32,000 nt of DNA from an uncultured archaeon (GTDB lineage: Archaea; Asgardarchaeota; Jordiarchaeia; Jordiarchaeales; Jordiarchaeaceae). Every line of letters starts with the position of its first letter. The stretch's first letter is position 1. Below, piece after piece: positions 18,974 to 27,686 of the stretch. The stretch covers positions 36,256 to 68,255 of the forward strand of contig CAZECW010000173.1 of the NCBI GenBank assembly GCA_964510585.1. The letters run 5' to 3'. The notes under the pieces are model-generated. The model was not told where the DNA came from and did no database searches. It saw nothing but the letters and a program-made list of their open reading frames with translations. Made by a program: the position numbers and the translations under genes.

Positions 18974-19769
18974 TAGTTATCACCGTACAGTTTTTCTCTT
19001 CCAAAGCATTAATGAGGGGGTGTTCTCCAATTCCAGAAGCTATTACCACTTCAGGTACACCTTCGCGTAGCGCTTCCAGCGCCGCAAATATTTTTCTCCG
19101 CATACCGGGGCCAACTTTTTCCATGGCTTGTTTTGCTTCCGCTATGCTTAATTTTGTTATTACCTTCTCGTTTTCGAGAACTCCGGGTACGTCTGTCATA
19201 TCTAACAGTTTATCCGCTTTTATGGCTCCTGCAATGCTTGCAGCTGCCCTGTCTCCGTCTACGTTCAGGTTTTCTCCTTCTTTACCGATTGCTACTGCGC
19301 CTATAACTGGGACATAACCTGCATTTAATAGTAGTTCTAGAAGTTTAGTGTTAACTTGCACCACTTTTCCCGTGTAGTCACCATCCATTAGGAGTACCTT
19401 GTTTCCCTCTTTAACCTTGATTCTTGGCTTCCTTTCTGCTACTAAAAGTCCCCCATCAATCCCAGACAGCCCTATGGCATTCAAACCCTCCTTTAATAGA
19501 ACTGTTACCAGCTTTTTGTTTACCGTACCTGCTATGACCATGGTGTAAATTTCTGCGGTTTCAGCATCCGTGTATCTACTTCTAAAACCCGTAGGGGAGG
19601 TGACGAATTTTTGCTCTTTACCCAGTTTTTGCGCAATTTCGGTGACAATTTTTGCTCCACCATGTATTATAACTATCTGGTGTTCCTTGGAGAGTTCTTT
19701 TACGTCGCGCGCCAAGGGGGATAAATCCTCGTCAATTAAGCTACCGCCAATTTTTACTACTATTTTCAT
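18957..19769 (-). CDS. lysZ: [LysW]-aminoadipate/[LysW]-glutamate kinase
   Basis: Motifs VVKIGGS, IIHGG, FVTSPTGFRSRYTD, GLSGIDG, LNVDGDRAA, TDVPG and GMRRK. Confidence 0.93.
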   Translation of the reverse strand: MKIVVKIGGSLIDEDLSPLARDVKELSKEHQIVIIHGGAKIVTEIAQKLGKEQKFVTSPTGFRSRYTDAETAEIYTMVIAGTVNKKLVTVLLKEGLNAIGLSGIDGGLLVAERKPRIKVKEGNKVLLMDGDYTGKVVQVNTKLLELLLNAGYVPVIGAVAIGKEGENLNVDGDRAAASIAGAIKADKLLDMTDVPGVLENEKVITKLSIAEAKQAMEKVGPGMRRKIFAALEALREGVPEVVIASGIGEHPLINALEEKNCTVITNESVE

Positions 19770-19785
19770 TTAATCGCATCCTCGA

Positions 19786-20835
19786 TTAATATGGGTGAAG
19801 TCCCGGGAAAGTTAGACCAGTAGTTTCGTCTATACCTTCCATAATGTTCATACACTGCACTGCTTGTCCCGAAGCACCCTTAATTAGATTGTCTAAAGCG
19901 GAGAGAACTACTATGCGTGGCATGTGCTCATCTAACTCGAATCCAATATCGCAGTAGTTGGTTCCAACAACAACTTTGGGATCCGGCAATCGGTAGATTC
20001 CAGTTTTCTGCTTAACCAGTCTTATGAACGGCTCATCGCCATAGAATTCCCTAAAAATACTCCAAACATCTTTTTCGGTAAGTTCATTTTCCAGAAACAT
20101 ATGTATAGTAGATAGAATACCTCGCACCATATCCACCGCATGAGCGGAGAACGCGACTTTCACTGACTTCCCAGCTACCGCACTTAGTTCCTGCTCGATT
20201 TCGGCAGTGTGCCTGTGATTAGTAACCTTATATGGTCTCACGACATTTGCCCTTTCCGGGTGGTGGGTAGACAAGGAAAATTCTCTTCCCGAGGCTGAAG
20301 AACCCACTTTTGAATCGATTACTATTCTGTTCAAGTCTACAGCCCCAGTGCTAACAAGGGGGGCTGCCCCCAGTATGGCGCTTGAAGCTAGACATCCGGG
20401 ACAAGAAACCAAGTTAGCTTTTTTAATTTCCTCTTTGTGAAGTTCGGATATTCCATATACCGATTTGCCTAGCAGTTCGGGGTGTTCATGTTTACCATAA
20501 TAGTACTCATAGACCTCTTGGCTTTTAATTCTGAAATCCGCACTCAAATCTATTACCCTTACTCCTGTTTGAAGTAGTTCAGGCACTATGTTCATAGAAG
20601 CTCGGTGGGGCACGTTGAGAAAGACATAGTCACATTTATCGGAAACCCTGTTCACGTCATACTCCTCAAACTTTATCTGGGTTATTCCTCTCAGATTCGG
20701 GTGCACACTACTCAAATACTTTCCGGAAAACTGCCTAGAAGTTACACAGGTTAACTCGGCTTTAGGGTGGAAAAGTAACAGTCTTACTAGATCTCCACCC
20801 GTATATCCTGAAGCTCCAACAACTCCAGCTCTCAT
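19786..20835 (-). CDS. lysY: [LysW]-L-2-aminoadipate/glutamate-phosphate reductase (ArgC-like)
   Basis: Motifs VVGASGYTGG, HPNLRG, DLSADFR, CPGC, GSSASG, HHPER, HRHTAEI, RGILST and DNLIKGASGQAVQ. ATG at 20835 overlaps the lysX stop (ATGA). Confidence 0.93.
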   Translation of the reverse strand: MRAGVVGASGYTGGDLVRLLLFHPKAELTCVTSRQFSGKYLSSVHPNLRGITQIKFEEYDVNRVSDKCDYVFLNVPHRASMNIVPELLQTGVRVIDLSADFRIKSQEVYEYYYGKHEHPELLGKSVYGISELHKEEIKKANLVSCPGCLASSAILGAAPLVSTGAVDLNRIVIDSKVGSSASGREFSLSTHHPERANVVRPYKVTNHRHTAEIEQELSAVAGKSVKVAFSAHAVDMVRGILSTIHMFLENELTEKDVWSIFREFYGDEPFIRLVKQKTGIYRLPDPKVVVGTNYCDIGFELDEHMPRIVVLSALDNLIKGASGQAVQCMNIMEGIDETTGLTFPGLHPY

Positions 20836-21695
20836 TTTAACATCTCCAAACAATAATCAATTAACATTCCAGGAATATCTACACCTGTTAAGGGTACAGT
20901 TGTGTGATACTCCATCGTGTGATTAACTTCATTAACAAGCATACCTCTTGGGCTTTCTAATATATCTACCCCATAAACTCCTTCCCCAATAGCTCTTGCA
21001 GCCCTTAGACTCAAATCCTCAATCTCGGGAGTTACGGGGCAAATTTCCGCTCGCCCTCCGAGGGCGGTGTTCGTCCGCCACTCACCCTGGCCGGCAACTC
21101 GATAAATGGCAGTAACGACCTCATCACCAATGATAAAGCTTCTAATATCCCTATTGTTCACCTTTTCTACAAATTCCTGAATATAATAAATCTGGTAAAG
21201 TGCTCCCATAGACTCTCTACTTTCAATTATCGCCTTTGCAGATTGGGGATCCTTTAACGGAGCAATGAGTCTTCCCCAACTGCCAAATACGGGTTTAATC
21301 ACCGCAGGATATTTCAGTTCCTCTAAAATCTGAAGAGCTGAATCTATATCAACAGCCAAAAATGTTCTTGGGCTAGGCACACCTGCTTTGGTTAGAGCCA
21401 GCGTTGTTAAAAGCTTGTCTGCGCAAATACTGGAAACCGCATAAGAATTAACCACTGGATACCCTTTACTCTCCAAAATTTTGGTGATATAGAGACCCTT
21501 AAATGTACTCACCATACGCTGAAGATAAATGTCCGCCTCTGGAATATGATCACAGTTTCCAGTAGCTTCTAAGAAAATACTTTTCGCGTCAATGACTAGC
21601 AATTTGACATTTTTATTACGCGCAGCTTGAATTAGTGCCTTCTCATCCCATCTCACTCGATCACTTATCATGCCGATAGTTACCAATTCACCCAC
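20832..21695 (-). CDS. lysX: LysW-amino acid ligase (LysX/ArgX, RimK-like ATP-grasp)
   Basis: Motifs DRVRWDEK, DKLLT, YPAVIKPVFGSWGR, YIQEFV, RDIR, AIYR, WRTNTA, GVDILE and NEVNHTME. Directly downstream of lysW. Confidence 0.92.
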   Translation of the reverse strand: MGELVTIGMISDRVRWDEKALIQAARNKNVKLLVIDAKSIFLEATGNCDHIPEADIYLQRMVSTFKGLYITKILESKGYPVVNSYAVSSICADKLLTTLALTKAGVPSPRTFLAVDIDSALQILEELKYPAVIKPVFGSWGRLIAPLKDPQSAKAIIESRESMGALYQIYYIQEFVEKVNNRDIRSFIIGDEVVTAIYRVAGQGEWRTNTALGGRAEICPVTPEIEDLSLRAARAIGEGVYGVDILESPRGMLVNEVNHTMEYHTTVPLTGVDIPGMLIDYCLEMLK

Positions 21696-21745
21696 CTAGA
21701 TCTTTTTCAACAATAACAACCTTTTTTCAAGAATGTTAGCGTTAC

Positions 21746-21919
21746 TTATTGGCCCCAATCCTCGCCTTCGATCTCTGCGACCTTAAGCTGCACCTTATTC
21801 TTTTCTATTGCCACCACTTCAAGCTCGGATCCGCAATCTGGGCACTCAACAATCTCTCTTAAAACTGGGTCTTCGAGATCCAAATCGGCACCACACTCTG
21901 GACATTTACCCTTAACCAT
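21746..21919 (-). CDS. lysW: Amino-group carrier protein LysW (57 aa) with a non-canonical EDWGQ C-terminus; missed by the ORF track
   Basis: Manual translation gives MVKGKCPECGADLDLEDPVLREIVECPDCGSELEVVAIEKNKVQLKVAEIEGEDWGQ*. RBS GAGGTGA. First gene of the operon. Confidence 0.95.
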   Translation of the reverse strand: MVKGKCPECGADLDLEDPVLREIVECPDCGSELEVVAIEKNKVQLKVAEIEGEDWGQ

Positions 21920-22263
21920 TATCCAATCACCTCTGTGATATTAACAAGAATCTTTGAACCACTTAACCGTAAAGTGGATTTAGGTATTTTTCCAATGTTG
22001 CTAAAAATTGAGCAAAAGATTGTAAAACTAAATGAACTTTTCAACACTTTTTCCATTCCAACATTATATTTAATGGTATATAATTATTAATTGTGGGATA
22101 AAAAAGATTAACTTAAATAATTTTTCCCTCCCAAAAACTATTTCTACGAAGTTCCAGATAATTGAAAACTAGCAATAAAATAATTTATTAGTAAAAAGCG
22201 ATAATGATTTAAGCCATTTTTAAAAGAATATACACCTAAATGGTTTCAAGGAAGTAAAGTGCA

Positions 22264-22458
22264 ATGAAAATCAATAAGGAACTCTGTGGAATTTGCATGG
22301 CATGTGCAACCGTATGTCCCAGAAGCGCCATAAATATCACGGAACATGAGGCAGTAGTGGATAACCAAATTTGCAATGACTGCGGTATATGTTTAAAGGT
22401 CTGCCCTGTGGGGGCGGTGAGCATTGAAAACGGCAGTACAGCTCAGCATAGCATCTAA
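22264..22458 (+). CDS. 2x[4Fe-4S] ferredoxin
   Basis: Two CxxCxxCxxxCP motifs (CGICMACATVCP, CNDCGICLKVCP). Confidence 0.92.
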   Translation: MKINKELCGICMACATVCPRSAINITEHEAVVDNQICNDCGICLKVCPVGAVSIENGSTAQHSI

Positions 22459-22653
22459 AAGGCATCTTCCAGCTGCCAAATCAGTTATCTAATTAATTCA
22501 AAAGCCCTAAAAGACCTGCTAAGACAACATAAATCATTTAAGCATATTTTACAAACTTTACAGGAACAAAAAAATAAATAATAGTAGGTATCTATTTCCA
22601 GCATCCAAAAAGGGTATCCTTTTAATACCTAATTGTTTCGGGACTATCCATAG

Positions 22654-23883
22654 GTGTTATTCATGAAAATCAAGACGGATTTACTGATTGTGGGAGCAGG
22701 CCCCGGCGGCACCGCTACCGCTATATCTGCCCTTAAAAAGGGAGGAAAGGTCTTAATTTTAGATCGTAAAATGCATGTAGGCATCCCGGTGCATTGCGGA
22801 GAGGCTATAGGGAAAACGGGGCCAGGAATTGCGGAAATCGAAATACCTCGAAATGCTATCGTTAATCCCATTCGCGGATTTCGTATCTATAGCCCTAATC
22901 TGACTCGGGTGGACTACGCTAAACCTGAACCCGATGGATATATACTTGATCGCCGTGTGTTTGACAAAGAACTCCTTGCTAAAGCTTGTGAAAATGGCGC
23001 CGAAGCCCTGTTAGGGTCAAATGTCACTCAATTAATCTACAAAGATCAGCAAATCAGAGGAGTAGTAGCTCGAAGACTCGGAGAAAAAATCGAAATCGAA
23101 GCCCAAGTAGTCGTGGGTGCAGATGGAGTAAACAGTACAATAGCCAAACTTTCCGGTCTCAGGAAAAACATTAAACTCAAAGATATAGAAACCTGCGCCC
23201 AATACGAAATGGTTAACGTAAAAATCGATGATACAGATCTTCTTGAATTCTACTTGGGAAAACAGATATCACCTAGAGGCTATGTTTGGGTATTTCCTAA
23301 GAACGAAAAACGCGCCAACATAGGACTAGGAATCGGAGGAGGAATGGGAGAAAAAACCGCATTAGAATATCTCCAAGACTTCATAAAACATAATCCTCGA
23401 GGAAAAGAAATCTGCAAAAACGCTAAAATTATAGAATTTCGAGTGGGAGCATTACCTATGGGAGGCCCCAATCCCAAGAACGTTTTAGACAATCTCATTC
23501 TGGTAGGAGATGCTGCAGGTCAGGTCCACCCAATTACGGGAGGCGGTATGGGTTATGCTATAGTTTGCGGAAGCATAGCTGGAGAGGTAGCAGTGGAAGC
23601 CATCACCGAGGGGGATACAAGCGAAGAAGCTCTCACACTATACGAAAAAAGATGGCGAGAAAAATATGGAAGAGAATTCGAACAAATGCTTAAACTCCAA
23701 AAACTACTTGCAGAAGCCGAAGATACTTTACTAGACAAGCTTGCCCAACTGCTCACTGGACAGAACATAGTAGAACTAACCGCCGGAAAAAAAATTGGTG
23801 TCTTTCTAAAAGCCGCGGCGAAAGGTGACCGACAGCTCCTGAATCTCCTCGATCAACTCAGACATCTACAACTAGTCCAATAA
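22654..23883 (+). CDS. Geranylgeranyl reductase family flavoprotein (DGGGPL reductase-like)
   Basis: Motifs VGAGPGG, CGEAI, LDRRVFDK, VVGADG, PRGYVWVFP, VGDAAGQVHPITGGG and WRE. An upstream ferredoxin fits known archaeal GGR electron donors. Confidence 0.9.
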   Translation: MLFMKIKTDLLIVGAGPGGTATAISALKKGGKVLILDRKMHVGIPVHCGEAIGKTGPGIAEIEIPRNAIVNPIRGFRIYSPNLTRVDYAKPEPDGYILDRRVFDKELLAKACENGAEALLGSNVTQLIYKDQQIRGVVARRLGEKIEIEAQVVVGADGVNSTIAKLSGLRKNIKLKDIETCAQYEMVNVKIDDTDLLEFYLGKQISPRGYVWVFPKNEKRANIGLGIGGGMGEKTALEYLQDFIKHNPRGKEICKNAKIIEFRVGALPMGGPNPKNVLDNLILVGDAAGQVHPITGGGMGYAIVCGSIAGEVAVEAITEGDTSEEALTLYEKRWREKYGREFEQMLKLQKLLAEAEDTLLDKLAQLLTGQNIVELTAGKKIGVFLKAAAKGDRQLLNLLDQLRHLQLVQ

Positions 23884-23923
23884 CCAATAAATTTTGTGAA
23901 AAATAAAAAGGGAAGTTTGAAAA

Positions 23924-24253
23924 ATGACCGTAATCACCTTTAAAGAGTTCCAAAAAATGGATTTAAGGATTGGGAAAGTATTAACTGCCGAAAAGGTACC
24001 TAATACTAAAAAACTCATCAAAATGAACGTAGACATTGGACAAGGTGAAACCAGACAAATCATAGCCGGAATGGCAGAATACTTGAAACCAGAGAACCTT
24101 ACAGGCAAAAGCGTGGTCGTACTAGTCAACCTAGAACCCAAAGAATTCATGGGGTTACAATCTAGGGGAATGATTCTAGCCGCAGATCTAAACGGCCGAC
24201 CTATACTGATAACACCAGAAGAGGAAACCCCACCCGGAACGAAAATCAGATAA
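23924..24253 (+). CDS. Stand-alone tRNA-binding OB-fold protein (Trbp111/CsaA/MetRS C-terminal-like)
   Basis: Motifs ITFKEFQKMDLRIGKV, KKLIKMNVDIG, RQIIAG, VVLVNLEP, SRGMILAA and PGTKIR. Confidence 0.92.
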   Translation: MTVITFKEFQKMDLRIGKVLTAEKVPNTKKLIKMNVDIGQGETRQIIAGMAEYLKPENLTGKSVVVLVNLEPKEFMGLQSRGMILAADLNGRPILITPEEETPPGTKIR

Positions 24254-24538
24254 AAGTCAAAAAATACCGGAATTCTAGACATGGCTAAGAAATCGATAAT
24301 TCCAAAAATAGGTTCAAGAGGTATAAAATTTTAAAAAGTAAAGGGAATTAAAGCCCGAGAAAAATTATTTTTTTATGTAAAAACGCGCCAATTTTGCGAA
24401 TCTCTCAAATATAATATACAAAATAAAACGAAAAACTAAAATATTTTTGCGAAAAATACAAAAATAGCCGAAAAATATATAAAGCCAAAAAAGAGATTGA
24501 ATGGTAAAAAAAGGCAGAGCCAACGGAAATGTGCATGA

Positions 24539-24718
24539 CTTCCCCTCCTCCCAATTTCACGCCCTCCGGGCCCGAACTTATGTTCGAGCCAGGGACTCCC
24601 CTATGTTTTATCTCCCCTCTCCCAGCATTTTTGTTATGTTGGCGATGAAGCCTCCCCTAGTTTTCAGAGTTATTACCAGTTCCTGTTTTCCCCCTCCTGT
24701 TGCTTGTGGTGGGGGAAA
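24539..24718. repeat. C-rich intergenic element with repeated (C/T)TCCCCT motifs and two hairpins
   Basis: CCCCT-containing motifs occur near 24540, 24596, 24612, 24652 and 24689. One stem is 24569-24577/24582-24590 (a mismatch on plus, G.U on minus). The other is TTTCCCCC/GGGGGAAA at 24687-24694/24711-24718. Confidence 0.5.
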
Positions 24719-24863
24719 GCGATTTTTAATCTGGCTAGAGCATTTCCTTGAGTCTTTTTGAACTTCTGAATATTTTTGGCAACCATTTGGTTCTGTTGTT
24801 TTTCAAAAGAATTATATAATTTGACTGTTTTTTTTGATTTGAATACTTCGCTGGGGTCTCTTT

Positions 24864-27125
24864 ATGGATGTCAATGAGGCTATTTTGCATTTTATGAAAA
24901 AATTTGACTTGACAGATGACGAGATTAAAGCTTACTTGGCTGTCTTGGGTGCGGGGGGTTTAGCTTTGGGTGATGTTTCTACTCTGACCGGATTACCTGT
25001 AGATGTATGTAAAACTATCTTGGATCGCCTAGTGGAATCACGTTTTGTGCGTCGAGTGCCGGGAGAGGTGGATGGTTTTGTACCTTTGAATCCTTTTTTG
25101 GCCGGGTTTTTGATTGTTTATGAGGATTTGAGTCACTTGTTAGAGGAGTTACAGAAGGTTGCAAGAACTAGGTTTGAAGAGCTTAGCAAAAAGTTAGAAG
25201 ACGGTAAACTTTTATCGGTGGAGGAGCTTTCCCGTTTGACAAGTAGCCGTGTGGAAACTTTTCGGTCTTTTGTGGAGGAATTTACTAAACTCATGAGTTC
25301 TAACTTTGAGAGAAGTGCAGATGCCTTTAGGGATTTGAGTGTTTCTGTGGAGGAGGCAATCCGCTCTTTGCTTTCCACGAGTTTTGTTGATTTTAGTGAT
25401 GTAGAGCGTTTTGAGGAGAGGAAGAGCTTCAGTCTTTCGGATCTTACCTCGGAGTTTGTTTCGGGCATAGAGCAGGATATGGTGTCTTTAGAGAATCTGG
25501 CCAGCAAAACCTTTTCTGCATATACCAAGGAGATCCGTGAGCGCCTAGATATAATTAAGCTACATTTCATTACCACTTTGAACGAACACCGGTCGAAACA
25601 TGAGAAGAATAGCTTGGAGTTGGATAGTAAGATTAGGACAACTGTGGATGAGAATTTGAACGTTTTGAAGAGTTTCATTGAACATTTGGAATCCGATGTG
25701 TTTGAGATACTTAAAATTATTTTGGAGATAGTAGGGGAAAAAGTGGAGTCCTTTAAGGCAAAGTATTTAGAGGCTATGACTGGTTTGCTCAACCATTACC
25801 TAGATGCTTTAAACTCATTTGAGCCTCGGGTGAAAGGTATTATTAGTGGATTGGAGAGTATTTCTCAAGATTTAGCTGGCTCAACCTCTATTCTATCATC
25901 GCGTAGAAAGGCTTTCACCAACGTAGTTTTGAAAGGCGACGCATTCCTAGAAGATTTGAATGAGAAAACACAGAAAATTTACGAGACTGCTAAGGGTTTG
26001 AGCGCCGACTATCAAAGCGTGGTTTCCGAACAGATAGTTACCGCGCAGGAGATTACAGACCAGATAACCAAGAGTTTATCCACCTTTGTGGACGAAAAAG
26101 CCACTCTGGTGAGGGAAGAGGTTAACAAAGTGCAGAACAAATTCAGGGAGAAGATAACACCTACAAGCTCCCTCATAGAATCCAAAATTTCCAACGCTGT
26201 TACAGAAGTCATTAAAAACAACAATGAAGACTGCGAAAACTTATGTACCCAACTTGGAAAGGATATCGGTAACTATATAGAAAACGCTTTTAAAAATTTT
26301 AGCGAAGCCCTAACCACATTCATAAACGGTTCAAGCGAACTATTCTCAACGTACAAAGATAACATCAAAAACAGAATAAAACTCCTAGAGTACAGCGTAA
26401 TTCACCTCCAGAGAAGGATAGCTCAAATGCTACAAACCAACGCCTTCGAATATGATAAAATGACTGAAGAACTTTACAACAACCTAGACAAAACCATAAA
26501 CCAAAAAGTAGGAGCACACATACAAGAGCTGGGTCCCTTCGAAGAAAAAATCGCCTACACCATATCCAAAAGCTACACCGACGCCAAAGATGTTCTCGAT
26601 AAAAACTTCCATGATCTAATCGAAAAATTCTCAAGCATTACTACTCATATAGAAAAGAAAGAAGAAATCCTAAAAAAAATTTGGGAAACATCATACAGCC
26701 TATTCGACAAGGATATAAAGACTTGGCCCCTAATAGGCGAAAAGGCAATCATAGCCCACACCAAATCCATAATTAGAAAAACCAAGAAAAACATAACCAT
26801 AATTTCCCCAGAACTCATCCCCGAAATCCTTGAAGAACTACTAAACATTAGAAACTTCAAAGCCACCATCATCTCAAACATCGATTTCAAGGTTTTCGAG
26901 TCAGTAATAAAACACTTCCAAAGACAGGGAAACGTAAAATTCCTACACTACCCCAATAAAGACCTATGGTGTGTGTTGAGAGACAGAGACGAAACCATTT
27001 TTGCGCCTGTAACCACCAAAGAGGAAGCCTACGCAATAGTATCAGAACAAGACGGATACATAAATTTCACACAAGAACAAATTATACCCATGGTTCTATC
27101 TAAAAGCAAAGAAGTAAAAGTTTAG
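24864..27125 (+). CDS. TrmB-like regulator with an N-terminal wHTH, a very long helical/coiled-coil insert and a C-terminal TrmB-effector-like domain
   Basis: The N-terminus FDLTDDEIKAYLAVLGAGG...TILDRLVESRFV...FVPLNP fits a TrmB HTH. About 550 aa of amphipathic helix follow. The C-terminus is WPLIGEKAIIAH...IRKTKKNITIISP...LWCVLRDRDETIFAP. Confidence 0.75.
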   Translation: MDVNEAILHFMKKFDLTDDEIKAYLAVLGAGGLALGDVSTLTGLPVDVCKTILDRLVESRFVRRVPGEVDGFVPLNPFLAGFLIVYEDLSHLLEELQKVARTRFEELSKKLEDGKLLSVEELSRLTSSRVETFRSFVEEFTKLMSSNFERSADAFRDLSVSVEEAIRSLLSTSFVDFSDVERFEERKSFSLSDLTSEFVSGIEQDMVSLENLASKTFSAYTKEIRERLDIIKLHFITTLNEHRSKHEKNSLELDSKIRTTVDENLNVLKSFIEHLESDVFEILKIILEIVGEKVESFKAKYLEAMTGLLNHYLDALNSFEPRVKGIISGLESISQDLAGSTSILSSRRKAFTNVVLKGDAFLEDLNEKTQKIYETAKGLSADYQSVVSEQIVTAQEITDQITKSLSTFVDEKATLVREEVNKVQNKFREKITPTSSLIESKISNAVTEVIKNNNEDCENLCTQLGKDIGNYIENAFKNFSEALTTFINGSSELFSTYKDNIKNRIKLLEYSVIHLQRRIAQMLQTNAFEYDKMTEELYNNLDKTINQKVGAHIQELGPFEEKIAYTISKSYTDAKDVLDKNFHDLIEKFSSITTHIEKKEEILKKIWETSYSLFDKDIKTWPLIGEKAIIAHTKSIIRKTKKNITIISPELIPEILEELLNIRNFKATIISNIDFKVFESVIKHFQRQGNVKFLHYPNKDLWCVLRDRDETIFAPVTTKEEAYAIVSEQDGYINFTQEQIIPMVLSKSKEVKV

Positions 27126-27367
27126 CAACCATACCCAAAAAATAATTCCAGAAAATATTTATTCCCACTTCCCAAACCTTTGGTCATTACATATTTTTAT
27201 AAAATTTGCAAACGGTGGGAGTAGGTACTAACCTTCATCAAACATAATCGGGCAGAGCCTATAAATTCCAGAAATGTATCGTTTAATAATTGTTTAGGAT
27301 ATGAAAATAAAAATATTCAAAGAGTACTGAAACTACATTCATTACCCTAATTTTTCACTTCCCTAAA

Positions 27368-27381
27368 CGTCCCGTGGGACG
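27368..27381. promoter_or_regulatory. GC-rich palindrome CGTCCC-GT-GGGACG next to an AT-rich tract
   Basis: Perfect 6-bp arms with a 2-nt spacer, immediately followed by about 100 nt of almost pure A/T. Confidence 0.4.
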
Positions 27382-27511
27382 ACGCTTAAAAATATAAATA
27401 ATATATATTTTTTAAAAAATATTGTAAAATTACGATATTCTATATGATTCTTAGGAAAAATTTATAAATAAATCTTGAAATACCTACAGTTCGTAGAAAG
27501 ATTGGATTTAA

Positions 27512-27595
27512 GCTTACCTCCCTCTCTCCCTCCAAAATCCCCCCCTCCTTAACGAGGGGGGGTTAAAATCTTATGCTTACTCCCTCTCTCCCTCC
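27512..27595. repeat. Polypyrimidine direct repeats flanking a C7/G7 hairpin
   Basis: GCTTACCTCCCTCTCTCCCTCC (27512-27533) and GCTTACTCCCTCTCTCCCTCC (27575-27595) flank CCCCCCCTC-cttaac-GAGGGGGGG (27539-27562). Confidence 0.8.
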
Positions 27596-27686
27596 TCCCT
27601 TGTCTACTATGCTAGGACTTTTTTTAAAGAGAATTCGGGTTTTAGCCTTAAAGGGGGTTTGGGCCAGTACTTTTTAGTAGTGACTT

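Noticed and set aside
22459-22581. Frame stays open for about 40 codons after the ferredoxin TAA
   Set aside because: The A/C-rich strand is naturally poor in stops, there is no start or RBS, and the product has no recognisable features.
24501-24761. 86-aa plus-strand ORF over the C-rich element, and SRP or RNase P RNA identity for the same region
   Set aside because: The translation is Pro/Phe-rich and not protein-like. GGCCCGGAGGG lacks the AGCAG partner of SRP helix 8, and the RNase P conserved regions are not present in the right order.
25133-25792. 219-aa minus-strand ORF
   Set aside because: Ser/Leu/Lys-rich antisense shadow of the coiled-coil gene.
27512-27595. CRISPR array interpretation of the direct repeats
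   Set aside because: Only two low-complexity copies, and no cas genes in the window.
24539-27595. Mobile element bounded by the two C-rich regions
   Set aside because: No transposase or integrase, no terminal inverted repeats and no target-site duplication were found.
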